Source: Octopus vulgaris (taxonomy: Eukaryota). From it: 64,000 bases of DNA. The position numbers were made by a program, and so were the translations under genes. The notes under the pieces were generated by a model that made no database searches, was not told where the DNA came from, and worked only from the letters and a program-made list of their open reading frames with translations. How positions within the stretch are numbered: position 1 is the stretch's first letter; every line of letters begins with the position of its first letter. Shown here in pieces: positions 12,885 to 26,518 of this stretch. The DNA lies in assembly GCA_951406725.2 (NCBI GenBank), contig OX597819.1, positions 15,252,001 through 15,316,000 on the forward strand, in the 5' to 3' direction.

Positions 12885-12971
12885 ATGGCCAAACTGGTTG
12901 CTGTTTGTCGTTCCGACGACTACCAGTTTGAAAGACGGCAACTTCCTCTGGTTATGGACGATACATTAACT
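12885..12971 (+). CDS. GGNBP2: Gametogenetin-binding protein 2 (ZNF403) orthologue, first coding exon
   Basis: AACATGG Kozak context; encodes MAKLVAVCRSDDYQFERRQLPLVMDDTLT, closely matching the vertebrate GGNBP2 N-terminus as I recall it (MARLVAVCR..FERRQIPLYIDDTLT); canonical phase-0 donor GTAAGT at 12972. Confidence 0.88.
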
Positions 12972-13172
12972 GTAAGTAAGAACATCATCACCACAGCTTT
13001 ATTGTTTTTGTTTTTCTTTCATCTTTTTTTGCCTTCCTTCTTCTTCTTCTTTATAATTATTGCCATACATTTTACTCTTTGTGTTGCTTGTTGTTGTTGT
13101 TGTTAAATGTGTGTAACGACGATGTTTCTTCGTTTCATCTTTACTTTCTATTCAAATGTATTCAATCAACTT

Positions 13173-13692
13173 TGTGTGTATATATATATGTATATGTATG
13201 TATATATATATGTGTATGTATGTATATATATATATATATGTGTATGTATATATATATATGTATATATATATGTGTATATATATGTGTATATATATGTATG
13301 TACATATGTATGTATATATATATATGTGTATGTATATGTGTATGTATATATGTGTATGTATATATGTGTATGTATATATATGTGTATGTATATATATGTG
13401 TATGTATATATGTATGTGTGTATGTATATATGTGTATGTATATATGTGTATGTATATATGTGTATGTATATATATGTGTATGTATATATGTATGTGTGTA
13501 TGTATATATATGTGTATGTATATATATGTGTATGTATATATATATGTGTATGTATATATATGTGTATGTATATAAGTGTATGTATATATATGTGTATGTA
13601 TATATATGTGTATATATGTATGTGTATATATGTGTGTGTATATATCTATGTATGTATATATATATATATATATATATATACATACATACATG
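13173..13692. repeat. Compound (TA)/(TG)/(TATG) microsatellite
   Basis: Direct inspection. Confidence 0.95.
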
Positions 13693-13857
13693 TATAGACA
13701 CATCCTTAATTGAACTAGTGACCGCCTTGAAACGGATTTCAACAGACAAATATTACTATAATGGATAATATAAGCATATAAATACTTATACACACCTACA
13801 ATAAATACAGACACACACACATTAGTCAGACATATAGCCACATATACACACACACAC

Positions 13858-13892
<35 letters not shown>

Positions 13893-14864
13893 GAGGTCAC
13901 ATACACATATTAAGTCACATATGTATATATATATATATATATAATGCATTATCATTCAGCATATGTAGTGTGTATTATATATATAAATGTATGTATACCA
14001 TTAAAACTGATTCCCCCATGTGTGCTGTATGTAGCCTACATGTGGGAAGAGGTCTTTAAAAAAAAAATGGGTGTAGAGATGATGATGGACAGTCTATATA
14101 ATATCCTGGAAGGAAACTTTATTACGATATATTTTAGTAGGATTTCATCACCATCAGGTTTCTCACGTTTAGTTCAGTGAATAAATGAAATAAATAAGTC
14201 ATCTGGTCCCTTCTTGGGTCTAATTAACTGATTATTATTATCATCGTTCAAAACACTTTTCCCCTTTTCTCTAAGAAAATTATTTCCAACCCCGGACACA
14301 CACGTACTTTATATATACACATATATAGACACACACCCTGTGTGATCTGTGTCAGTTCTAAAGTACACACACTATATATAAGTACCATATATATATATAT
14401 ATATAGTCAAGATGTTATATATATATTTAAGTTATATATATATATATAATTATATTATATAATTAACGGCCCAATGACATGAGCTATTTAACAGAGAAAC
14501 TGTATATATATATATAATGTTAGTTGTTAACCATTTTATATCTTTCAACACATCACTCCACAGTATCTATATCCGTTTCATCGTACGCAATGCCAGCTTA
14601 CATCCGCTTTATACATACTGAACCCGTGTATGTATATGTATGTATGTGTGTGTGTATATACATATATATAATGGGTTACATAATGTTATATATGGAGGCC
14701 AACTGACTCTGGCCTATCTTTTGCACGTGACAGAATTTCTAGCAGAGGAGAAAAAAAAATGTATTGATGTATGTTGAATGTCTACATTCGAGTTCTAAGT
14801 GTGTGGGAGAGATGTACTTTATATAAGCGTACAGGGATATATATATATGCATGTGTGTATACAC

Positions 14865-14922
14865 ACACACATCTGTGAGATCATGCATAAATGTAGATAT
14901 ATGTATATAAACGTGTCTGCAA

Positions 14923-14978
<56 letters not shown>

Positions 14979-15140
14979 AAGCTTATATATTCATATATAA
15001 GTAAATGTATATATGTATGTATATACAACACACATCTGTGAGATCATGCATAATGTAGATATATGTATATAAACGTGTCTTCAAGTGTATATACATATAT
15101 GGAAGCTTATATATTCATATATAAGTAAATGTATATATAT
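14865..15140. repeat. Local tandem duplication (~110-160-bp units differing in TA length)
   Basis: ACACACATCTGTGAGATCATGCATAA..GGAAGCTTATATATTCATATATAAGTAAATG occurs twice in tandem. Confidence 0.8.
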
Positions 15141-15915
15141 ACATTTATACACATGTATATATAAATATATATATATATACACATGTATATTTGTATGTAC
15201 ATGTGTATATATATGCCCCCGCATGATCACAGCCTTAGAGCTGAAACGTATAAAAAATATGTTGATCTATACATGCATATATGTGTGTATCCATGTATAT
15301 ATATGTACATACAAATGTATGTATATACATCATCACTATCAGTGTTGTATTAACGTCTACTCGTCCATGCTTGTATGGCAGATTTTTCCGTGGCCGGATG
15401 CTCTTCCTGTTTCCGACCTCACCTGTTTCCTTGTAAGGTAGTATTTCCCCGTGACCAGAGATGTTTTCACGGCAGATTGGAAACGAGGGACACTGCTGGC
15501 ATGACGGTGACGCCCATTTACAACTATCATGTGATGTGAAAGCAAGGAGACAGTAAAACACACACACACACACACAGTCGCACACGCACACACCCACACA
15601 CATATGTGTATATACACGACGGGCTTCTTTCAGTTTCTATTTACCGAATCCACTCACAGGGCTTTGGTCGTCTTGGGGCTATAGTTGAAGGCACTCTCCC
15701 AAAGTGCCATGCAGTGGGACAACCCCAAACCATGTTGCTAGGATACAAACTTCTTACCACAATTATACATGAGCCTGCATGTATGTATGAATGTATATAT
15801 TTATGTGTGTGTAATATATATAGATATATATATCATCATCATTTAATGTCTCTTGTCTATGTTGGTGCTCCAGCATGACCACAGCCACCTGGCTGAAACA
15901 CATAAAAGAATATAC

Positions 15916-15954
<39 letters not shown>

Positions 15955-15964
15955 CAAACATCCA

Positions 15965-16005
<41 letters not shown>

Positions 16006-16349
16006 TGTATATACATACTATGTAAGGTCAGGTATGGCTGTGTGTTAAGAGGTTTGCTTCCTAGCCACATGCTTTGGAGTTCCATCCCACTTCGTGGCGC
16101 TATGAGCAAGTGTCTTCTATAGCCCAAAGCTGAGTAAAGCCTTGTGGGTTGATCAGATGGTGGGGCTTGAGATCTGGAATTGTGGGGAGCATGGAGTCAC
16201 CCCTTGATTACCATTACTCTAGGTTCTGTTCTAACCTTGAATGATATTACCTCTCGAAGTCCCATCTATGGGTGAAATAGGTTTCCCAGAGGTAGAGGAG
16301 GCTCCCTCCGTTGTTTTTTCACAAAGCTGTGCAGAAGGTGGCTCTTCTA

Positions 16350-17025
16350 GGAGAGGGATACTCTAACAAAACTTGCCATCAAAATAGTGCTAACCATCTT
16401 GCTGGAATCTATGATGATGACCAAGGGTGTCACTTATGTTTTGTACAAGCTTGCCTTCAGTTCATCTTTGGTGTTACAAGGAGTTTTGTTGGTTTCTCGC
16501 TCAACTGTGCCCCATGTATACTAAAGAGGTTGCAGTCTGGGGAGTCAAGTAGCTAGATAAACACAGGGTCTTCCAGCAGCCACCCTCTTGACCCAGGGCA
16601 GCACCACCACCTCCAGGCACTTGATGTTGGCCTCTGTGTTGAGTCTGAGGCTGTGTGGGAAGACGAATGGAAGCATAACGTTGCCATCACTAGTGATCAC
16701 TCCAAACACCATGATGTTGACTGGATGTTTGATTTTTATCACTCTCGATACATGTTTTGTATCGAGAGTTTTGTAACAAGCCAACAGTTGTTCTGTGTGT
16801 TCACCATCTGTTTCTATTGGAGCTTCTGGCGTGAATGCCAAGCAGTACAGCATATTATCTCCAAATTTCTGAGAGAGTAAATTGCATCATGGTGCTGTTT
16901 TTCTCACAGACAGTGTCCTACTGACCCTACTATACTGTGTACTCGACAAAATCAAAAACAAACACTGTGCATGCATGAAATGAAATTTATAGAATGGCCG
17001 ACAATTTACCCATCACACCTTGTGT
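16350..17025 (-). mobile_element. Tc1/mariner-superfamily (maT/DD37D-like) transposon remnant
   Basis: KHPVNIMVFGVITSDG..FVFPHSLRLNTEANIKCLEVVVLPWVKRVAAGRP followed by SPDCN and ERETNKTPCNTKDELKA; terminus-like TACACAAGGTG (minus) at ~17025. Confidence 0.75.
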
Positions 17026-17089
17026 ATATATATGTGTGTGTGTTTATACATATATGTTTATGTTGTTCTTAGTTTGTTGTAATTCACAT

Positions 17090-18170
17090 AGAGGAGGACT
17101 TGTTGCTTCTGATGGACTGCTTTTCAGCTGTGTGTAATGAGTTTGAATTTGACCTTACAGTCAGTTCTGAGAAGACCATAGTCATGCTACAACCAAGTCA
17201 AGGGGGAAAAGTCAGAAGTCATGGATATGTTTACCTTAGTAGCACACTTGATGAGGAGGTCAGTTACAGACTTTCTAAGACATGTGAGGCATTTGAAAAG
17301 CTTGAGTCTAGCCACTAATCACAACTGGACATCAAAGCAGCTACAAAAGCCGAGGTCTATCAAGTATGTATCTTAACAGTGCTGTTGTCCGGCTGCAAAT
17401 TCTGGACAACCTATTGCAGGCATATTCTATATTTTGAGTGAATCCACCAGTGACACTTGCATAGTATCTTGAAGATCTCAAGGTGATCTCTTGTACCTGA
17501 TACAAGATTATTGCAGCTAACGAAAATGACGTGTGTTGAGTATGATTATGAAGCATCAACATAGATGGCCTGGTCATCTTGCCTGTTTAGAGGACACCCA
17601 CATGCCAAAACAGGTGTTGTATGGTGAGCTGGAGCAAGGAATACGTCTTGTGTAAGCCATGCAAGTATTCCAAAGACAGTCTTAAGGACACACTTAGAAA
17701 AAAGAAACCATTGATACTAACAGCTGGGATGGTCTTGCATCAGATAGGGGGCTGTGGTGGAACCCAATTACTGTGAGTATTAAAGAATTTGAGAACAATA
17801 GGGTTGCACACACTGAGTTGAAACCTACTGGTAAATGTATTGAGGGTGTGAACCCTCTTTCTGTGAAGGGTACAAAAGGGTCTCTTTCATGTGACTAGTG
17901 TGGTTGAGTCTGTTTCTCAAAGGCAAACCTGTGCAACCACAAGTGTGGTCACAGAGGTACCTTTATCTACCAACGTGGTGTTCAGCATGATCACTCATGT
18001 GCCTTGTGTAAGCAGTGTGTGTGGGTTGGCCAGTGGATGCACTTGGCATTGTAGGTTCCAACATGTAGATGGTGGTCAGGCTGCTGCTGGGTGGGGGTTG
18101 ATTTGCGGTTGGTGTGGGATGGTTTTTAGGAGCCATATGAAACCTCATCAGCAGTGGGGAGATCAAAATT
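17090..18170 (+). mobile_element. RTE/BovB-like LINE 3' remnant with C-terminal Cys/His fingers
   Basis: LMDCFSAVC..LTVSSEKTIVM..YLSSTLDEEVSYRLSK..AF; [26 protein letters not shown]; decayed CxxC..H motifs 17890-18150. Confidence 0.75.
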
Positions 18171-18577
18171 GAGATGTCTCTTTGAGTGAAATGAGTCTAG
18201 GAAGTGGTCTTATTCGGTCACAAGCTGACTTCCACCATATGTGAATGTATATATATATGTATGCTTCTATATACAGATATAAAAGGCTAGCCACTGGATT
18301 TGGTTAAAAAGAGATAAGCAATGGCTAGAAGAATAATAGGCTTTATTTGATAACCATTTGATCTAGCAAGTGGGACATCATATCAGTGAGGGGGGCTGGT
18401 GTGCAATGATGCCGTCAAGAGGTAGACCCCGAAATGGCACACATTCTTTCCTGATGACTCCATACACTTGCTGGTTTCCAGTATGCGGAGCTTTCGACTG
18501 GTAGCACTTGCATGTGAAGGTTGTTTGCAAAAGTAGCAATAGCATTGCCTTTAATTCTATAATTATATCCTGACTTC

Positions 18578-18622
18578 TAAGACCAACTAGTTTCAAAATG
18601 GTGCAGTCTCTTCAGGGTCTTA
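18578..18622 (-). ncRNA. Minimal hammerhead ribozyme motif (Penelope-type)
   Basis: Minus: TAAGACC CTGAAGA gactgcaccatttt GAAA CTAG TT GGTCTTA; perfect 7-bp helix I, intact core, palindromic ACUAGU helix III, weak helix II. Confidence 0.65.
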
Positions 18623-19379
18623 ACTTGATGTTCCCTCTGGATGGTCGTTTAATGATTTTCTTTTATAAAACTCTGCGTTGTATAATTTGGAGCTGTCCAT
18701 TAAGTCAGACGTGAACAATCTCTGTTTCTGGTTCTTATTGGATAATCATTTTCAGTCCATCATTTCAAAACCTTATGTAATTTAAATGATAATTATTCTC
18801 TTATAATTGGTAAATGAGAATTTCCTCATGTGCAAGCATCTCAATGCTAGAATTTATCACATTCATCATCATCATCATCATCGTTTAACGTCCGCTTTCC
18901 ATGTTAGCAAGGATTGGACGATTTGACTGAGGACTGGCAAACCAGATGGCTGCACCAGGCTCCAATCTGATCTGGCAGAGTTTCTACAGCTGCATGCCCT
19001 TCCTAACACCAACTACTCTGAAAGTGTAGTGGGTGCTTTTACGTGCCAGTCAGGTGGTACTGGCAACAGCCATGCTCAAATGGTGCTTTTTACGTGCCAC
19101 CTGCACTGGAGCCAGTCCAGTGGCACTGGCAACGACCTTGCTTGAATGTTTTTTCACGTGCCACCGGTACAAGTGCCAGTAAGGCGATGCTGGTATAAAT
19201 AAGTATATACATAAGTTTGGTTGTGTATAAATGTATATGTTTGTATGTACAGGGGTATTAATAGAGCCAATGCAGTGAGTATTAAGGCCCACATCCACTG
19301 TCACGGTATGCACTGGGTTAATTATGTTGTGCGTTTTGATGACTACAGAATTCCCAAGTAAATGTTGTGTGGTGAACTG

Positions 19380-19793
19380 TTGCAAGGCACTCAACCAGAA
19401 AGTGATTCAAGGGCAACTTAAAGAATTGCTTGGAATCTGTGAGGTTTCCAAAAAGGAGTGGAGAGATCTCAAGTGATAGGAAAACCTGGAAGCAATGAGC
19501 CTTTGACAGAGTGAGCACATTATAGCAAAATGCAAGCAAGTGGTCACGCATAAGGAGATCAGCAGAAAAAGACTATTCTGTTGGCACTGCAGTTCCTCAC
19601 CTTAGTCTGTGAACTCTGCGGTCACATATGTATGTCTTGTGCAAGCCTGGTGAGCCACCAGAGAAGCCACTCAGAAAGACCTGTTACCAACTACGACGTT
19701 TTTGCTGTGGCCAACCTCCCATGTGCTGTTTGTCAGAAAGCACATACAAATCACTCAGGTTTATTTAGGCACATGAGGCTACACAGAAAATAA
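19380..19793 (+). mobile_element. RTE-like LINE extreme 3' remnant with C2H2 fingers
   Basis: CELCGHICMSCASLVSHQRSH and CAVCQKAHTNHSGLFRHMRLH, preceded by decayed RTE-type SDRKTWK; no splice context. Confidence 0.55.
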
Positions 19794-19809
19794 CCAGAAT
19801 GATCTAGAA

Positions 19810-20090
19810 CAGTGCTTCTCAAACTATTTGATGTAGCGTACCGGCAGTTTTTTGTTCCAATGTGCTAGGGACAAGTAATATTTCTTAGTAATATTAATTT
19901 ATACCGGAAACTATATAATAATAAAAGTTGACAATTTTTCTTTATCTTATGTTTATTTTGTAATCAAATAATATAATATTACATAAGCATTTTATAACGT
20001 TTCTTTCTTTTCTGGAAACTTGCCAAGTAGCGGCAGCTGATGGTTCGTGGACCGGTACTGGTCTGCAGACCACCACTTTGAGTAGCACTG
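19810..20090. mobile_element. hAT (Charlie-like) MITE
   Basis: TIRs CAGTGCTTCTCAAA / TTTGAGTAGCACTG; imperfect 8-bp TSD ATCTAGAA / GGCTAGAA. Confidence 0.8.
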
Positions 20091-20284
20091 GGCTAGAACA
20101 ACCAAAAAGTCGAAAGAATTTGTATGAATGTTGCACTTGCGACAAGTTCTGTAAATTGCTGACAGGATTCAAGAGCCATTGTTGTTCTCACAATTTGTAA
20201 TTCTGTGATACACTTTTAGGCAGCCATGGTCATACTCATTTAATGAATCAACAACCATCATAATGTGTGTGTGTATATATATGA

Positions 20285-20604
20285 GGGCACGTGGTTTAGT
20301 GGTTAGGGCATTTCGCTCATGATCATAAGGTCATGAGTTCAATTCCTGGCAACACAGTGTTCTTGAGCAAGACACTTTATTTCACATTGCTCCAGTCCAC
20401 TCAGCTGGCAAAAGTGAGTAATACCTGAAATTTATAGGGCCAGCCTCGACACATTCTGTGTCACGCTGAATCTCCCTGAGAACTATGTTAAGGGTACAGG
20501 TGTCTGTGGAGTGCTCAGCCACTTGCACGTTAATTTCACGAGCAGGCTGTTCCATTGATTGGCTCAACTGGAACCCTCATTGTCGTAACCAACAGAGTGC
20601 TCCT
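20285..20604 (+). mobile_element. tRNA-derived CORE-like SINE family C
   Basis: tRNA head plus CTTGAGCAAGACACTTTATTTCAC..CTCCAGTCCACTCAGCTG central domain; copies at 22996-23253, 28344-28665 and 29241-29520. Confidence 0.8.
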
Positions 20605-20618
20605 ATTATATATGTATG

Positions 20619-20655
<37 letters not shown>

Positions 20656-23521
20656 GCATGCATGTATATGTGTACATACATGCATAGGTGTATAGATGTA
20701 GATATAAAACCTCCATCTATTCATGAATGCTTGTATGTGTACATGTGAGTGTATGTGTTTATACATATATATATATACATACATACATACATACATATAT
20801 ACACATACACACACAAGAAAGAATTGCCCATGTCAAATGTATATGTATAGATACACATAAAATTACATGTGTACATGACTCAATTTGTATATATATATAT
20901 ATGTAAATATACTCTTATTGATTTTTACTGGGGTTTCAGCTGTGGCTATGCCCATGCTGGGGCACCATCTTTAGTGTGATCAGTTTTTGTTTCACACACA
21001 CTTTCTGGCTCCTCTTGAGAACCATTGCTCTTCCTTTATTTCTTGCCATGATGTGGATTCATCTGGTTCCTGAGATAAGAATTTTCCAAATTTTCTTTAA
21101 ACACCTCCACATTTACATCTTTTGGTTCTCTGAGACTGTTTGGCAGAATGTTGAAAAGTTGTGGGCCCTTGAATCCTAAGTTGATACCATGATGGGTCTT
21201 TCTATTAGATGAAGCAGATGAGATCTTTGGTGGTATACAATAGCAGCCATTTCAGTGGTTGGTGTAGACTTCAACCTCTAAGTTGAGAGTTAGATGTTCT
21301 ACATTCTTTCATGTGTGTATGTGTGTGCGTGTGTATATATATTATCATCATTGTCATTTAACATCCATTATCCATGCTGGCATGGGTTTGATGGATTGAC
21401 AAAGACTGGTAAGCTGGAAAACTCCAGTCTGATCTGGCAGAGTTTGTACAGCTGTATGCCCTTCCTAATGTCAACCACTCCGAGAGTATAATGGAGGTGC
21501 TTCTCTGTGCCACTAGCTCATATCTTTTGTGTTTTTTTTTTCTCTTGGGAGTAGAATCTCAATTCCTTAAGCTCTCCCAGTAGCTCATCTGTTGCTCTGA
21601 GTCAATCTTCTTTGTGTAGTGGCTTTGAATTACCTCAAATTCCACTATTAATTTGAGATTTTGTGGTGGCCCCAGTTGGGAACAGTAATCTAAGCAAATG
21701 AGAACGAATGCAGTTTAGAAGTGAATTTGGAAATGATTTTCGATAGCCACATGCCTTCCCTGTCACCAACCCTCGCCTGTTTTCAAGCAAGGTGATGTTT
21801 CTCTATGACCAAACATATTCTCACTGAATGTTTGAAATAAACAACACTGCTTGTATGACAGTGACACTCCTTTACAACTTTCATACAATGTCAAGACAAG
21901 GACACACTCAATGAGCTTCTTTTAGTTTCCCACTACTATATCTACTCCCAAGGCTTTGGTTGACCTATAGCTATAGCACATGCTTGCCCATGGTGTCACA
22001 CAGTGCAACTAAACTTGGAACCATGTGATTGAGAGGCAAATTTCTTACAACACAGCTGCACCTGTGTCTATTATATATAGACATATACACACACACATAT
22101 ATTCTCAAAATTGCTATGACAAAAATAATCTGCTTCTGTTTTGGAACTATCACACAGACTTCATTAAGGACCATATAAACTTGGACATACATAGAATTAT
22201 TCCAACATCTACAGAAATAAACACTAGCTTACTGTACAGCGCATTGCAAATCTGTGTAGAATTTTCATTGCACACATGCTATCACCAGTTCTTTAATCCT
22301 TTGGAAAGTTCAAGGAATCTACAATATAATGAACGTTTCCTAAAAGCTGTAACTACCATTAAGCATGCTGTCACATCAACAATGCAAGAGGCTTAAGTGT
22401 GTATGCTAGGTTTCCCAGTTTATAATTCAGACTGTTGATGTGGTAGGAATGGTCGGGGAAATTTAACTGCTGGATTATTGTGTTGGATATGTGAATTACT
22501 GATTGTTCACGTGATAGAGAACAACATATGATGTCATAGATCTCCTGATAGTGTCTCATCATAACTGCTTTGAAGAGTATCTGACAAATATACAAATAGT
22601 ACTTGGAGAAGCTGACACTTCATAACATATTTTTGAGTGATCTCAACTGTCCAAGAATGAAGTGGTCTTTGGAGTACATTAAATCTGGACACTTTTAAGT
22701 ACAACAGAAATATTGGTGTTAATTTACACCATCAAAAATGCCTTTTTGCACCAACTTGTAACAACACAACTATTATAATACCATATGTAATGCATTAGAT
22801 GTTGTACTCACCAACAACACAAACCTGGTACACAACATTGAAATAAGTCCTGCTTTCTCAGTTCAAAAAATCATGGGGGTTCTCAATATAAACATGAAAT
22901 AGATTTCTTAACCAGGAAAAAAAAAGGGGGTAAAAAAATCCATAAAAAATTATGTTCTCAGAAATTGCCATTCTCAAACTGAATAGAAAAAAGAATTCCT
23001 GGTGATGCATTGTGTGCTTGAGCAAGACACTTTATTTCACGTTGCTCCAGTCCACTCAGCTGGCAAAAATGAGTTATACCTGTGTATTTCAAAGGGCCAG
23101 CCTTGTCACACTCTGTGTCATGCTGAATCAACCTGAGAACTACGTTAAGGTGTCTGTGGAATGCTCAGCCACTTGCATGTTAATTTCATGAGCTAGCTGT
23201 TCTGTTGATCGGATCTGCTGGGACCCTTGCTGTCATAACCAACGGAGTGCTCCTATTATTTATATGTATGTGTGTCTGTGTGTGTGCATGCATGTATATG
23301 TATGAGTACAGATGTAGATAAATATATATACACACATATATATGAGATATATATGTATACATTAGTAAATACACATACCAACATGTATGTACAGGATATA
23401 CATATGTGAATATTTATGTAGCTGTATGTTTGTGTGTATGAATATATAGGTGAATATATGCATGGAGATATAAAATCTCCATCAATTCATGAATGTTTAT
23501 ATGTGTACATGTGTGTGTGTG

Positions 23522-23696
23522 CGTAAACAAACAAAAGACGAAGATGGGTGTGTAAACGACAAACAGATGTATTAATTTAATGCTTAGGAAGTGAGAAAGT
23601 CTTTTACGTTTCGAGCCTACGCTCTTCGACAGAAAGGAACACAGAAATAAACAGAGAGAGAAAATGAAGGTTTTAGTGGCTAGCAATCAATCATGG
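23522..23696 (-). repeat. Short PLE-like repeat carrying a variant hammerhead (23601-23636)
   Basis: Homologous to 34204-34390; minus: CTTT CTGTCGA A GAGC gtag GCTC GAAA CG TA AAAG. Confidence 0.7.
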
Positions 23697-24312
23697 TTAA
23701 ATATATATATCATCACGGAGTGGTTGGCGTTAGGAAGGGCATCCAGCTGTAGAAACATTGCCAGATTAGACTGGAGCCTGGTGCAGCCTTCTGGCTTCCC
23801 AGAACCCCGGTCGAATCAACCCATGCTAGCATGGAGAACGGACGTTAAACGACGACGATGATGATGATGATGATCATCATCATCATCATTTAGCGTCCGT
23901 TTTCCATGCTAGCAACTGGGGTCTGTGAAGCCGGAAGGCTTCATCAGGCCCAGTCAGATCTGGCAGTGTTTCTACGGCTGAATGCCCTTCCTAACGCCAA
24001 CCACTCCGTGAGTGTAGTGGGTGCTTTTTACGTGCCACCCGCACAGGTGCCAGACAGAGCTGGCAAACGGCCACGAACGGATGGTGCTTTTTACGTGCCA
24101 CCAGCACGAGGCCAGTCGGGACGGCGCTGGCAACAGTCACGAACGGATGGTTCTTTTACATGCCACCGGCACTGGTAACTCATCTGCAATTTCCATTGAT
24201 CGATATATGTATTCTTATTAATTTTTACTGCTTGTATGACAGTGATACTCAAGTAATAATTTAAGATAACTTGGAGAACCTAATTATTCTCCAAACTCAC
24301 ATCAGGGACCTA

Positions 24313-24500
24313 TATGAGGGTTGGCTGAAAAGTTTGAAGACTAACCAAGTTATTCTCATGGAATGTCACAAAATGAGGTTTCTTTTTCAACCTAGTCCCC
24401 TTTGCAGTCCACACACTTCCATCGGTGTTGCAGTGCTTGGTGAAGAAGCTTTCAACCTGTTGGTCCAAACAGTCAACAACAGCAGATATGACATCATCGC
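24313..24500 (-). mobile_element. mariner right-end fragment
   Basis: TA followed by TIR-like TGAGGGTTGGCTGAAAAGTT; minus strand reads like the mariner C-terminal ..RWKCV..GD.VEK. Confidence 0.55.
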
Positions 24501-24713
24501 TGTGATGATGTTGACAACAGGTGATCTTCAGATTGAACTAAGTCAGGAGAAAGGTGGCAGGGGTAATCAACTAGTTTGAAGTCACAATCATGCATGGCAG
24601 CCATTGAAAGCAGGGACTTGTGTGCTGGAGTAACACATTGGCATTTAAACATTCTCACTTTTATATTATCTCCCAAAATAAGACATGACCAGAATTTCTC
24701 TTGAAACCTTTAA

Positions 24714-24934
24714 CCCTTTAGTGTTCAGATTAATCTGTTAAATGTAATACTTTTTTCACTCAAATTATTTTCAATTAATCATACATTATCTTACAGCTAT
24801 GAAGTTTCAATGGTGTGATGATTTTTTATTAGAATGTCAAGGTAGGTTAGGTGTGAGGGACTTGATATGGCCAGTTTGAATGTAAAACATGTAGGATATT
24901 TGGGCCGGATATGGCCGGCTTAAACACCAAAGGG
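24714..24934. mobile_element. piggyBac-type MITE family 1
   Basis: TTAA-CCCTTTAG...CCAAAGGG-TTAA; copies at 37779-37999 and (internally deleted, inverted) 49134-49273. Confidence 0.8.
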
Positions 24935-25287
24935 TTAAAAATACATGTCCGTTAATTTGTCTCTCTAATATAGTTGATCACCCATCTGTTGAAGACTACT
25001 CACTGGCAAAATACACAGAAACGTTGGACATGTGGATATATGAAGAGCTGGCACAAAAGACAAACTGTTCAGCTCAGCATAACCTTGCCTGTAATGGCTA
25101 AAGCAAAAACTCTGTGTGTGTGTATATGTATGTATGTGTGTGTGTGTGTGTGTGTGTATCAAAATCCCTAAGGCCAGATATATTTTTTGAAGAATAATGG
25201 AAATCAACAACACTGCTTGTATGACAGTGATACTCATTCGAAACTGTTACATAAAGTCAAGACAAGGACACACAGACACACACACTC

Positions 25288-26518
25288 AGAAGGGGAGGTA
25301 AAAAAATTATGCACACTTCAGGTTGGCCACACTACCTATGGTGCTTGCATGCTAAATGGTGGTGCTCTTGTGGTTACATAACCAAAGTTTGACCTTGATC
25401 TCTTAAGCTTTCTTCCTTGTGTTACAGAGTAAGCATGGCCACTCGGCTGGCAGTATGCACTAAGGAAGAACAGAGATTAGTGATCAGATTTCTCTGATCT
25501 GAAGGTGTGTCAGGGGCTGAAATTCATTGCAGGCTTTCAGTGTGCTGCCTCTTGGAAGTGCGTATGAGTGGATCAAGAAGTTTAACAGGTGCAGGATGCC
25601 CATCAACCTTCACCACTGACCTGGAGATTCAACAAGCTCAAGAGGTGGTTCTGGTGAACTGATGAGTGACATGTTCTCTGCAAATTAGCCATGGTTCAGC
25701 ATACGTAATCATTCATGATAAGCTACCATTAAGTCTTTGTAAGCTGGGTGTCAAGAGAGCTAATCAGAGTGCAAGTGTGGAGATCTGTCAACACCTACTC
25801 AACTTCTAAAATGATGAAGGTGAAGTTTTTTTTTTTTTTGTTTTTTTTTTCTTGAGAGAACAATCACAAAAGATGAGACCTAGGCCCATCGCTTTGAGTC
25901 AGAATCTGAATGGTAGAGTATGGGGTGGAAACACTTGAAATTGCCAGCAAAAAATGTAATTCAAGACTAAACCTTATACAGAAAAAGTAATACTTACCAC
26001 TTCTTGGGCTATACTAGAACATTGTCTGAAAAAGGTGTCTTCAGGTACTGGTGTAGGCTACAGTAAAATGCTCACCAACAAACTGAAACCAGCAATTGAC
26101 TTCAAACACAGAGGTCTATTGTCAAGTGTTATTAATTGCACGATAATGCACGCTTACGTATGGCCTCTCACACTGTTGAAACCATTGAGAAATTGGGTTT
26201 CGAATTGCTAGAACACCCTGCAATAGTCCAGATCTCACCCCTTCTGACTATCACTTTCTTTTGGCGCACTCAAACAGCCTTTATAAGGTCAACAGTTTGC
26301 TGTGGATGAAGAAATGCAGGAAGCAGTGCATAGATGGCTGCTTGATCAGATGAAAACCTTCTTCTCTGATGGAATAAGCGAGCTTGTGAACTGCTGGAAG
26401 AAGTGCATCAAAATCCAAGCAGACTGTGTTGAAAAATGATTTAATTGTTCAACCTCTGCTTTGGTTTTAATAAATTACTGAAACAAGAGTGCTTATCATA
26501 ATTTTTGGCTTACCCTCT
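25288..26518 (+). mobile_element. Near full-length decayed mariner transposon
   Basis: TKEEQRLVIRFL.., WVSREL, TKDET, LHDNAR and SPDLTPSDYHF motifs; degenerate TIRs (GGGGAGGTAAAAAAATTATG / CATAATTTTTGGCTTACCCTC). Confidence 0.85.

Noticed and set aside
18450-18500. Plus-strand CTGATGA followed by a hairpin
   Set aside because: Not followed by GAAA..UH, so no hammerhead can be built.
19581-19793. Host C2H2 zinc-finger gene exon
   Set aside because: No TGEKP linkers or splice signals; contiguous with decayed RTE C-terminal sequence.
22300-22900. CR1/L2-type endonuclease remnant (..NALDVVLTNN..)
   Set aside because: Only one short motif; too decayed to call.
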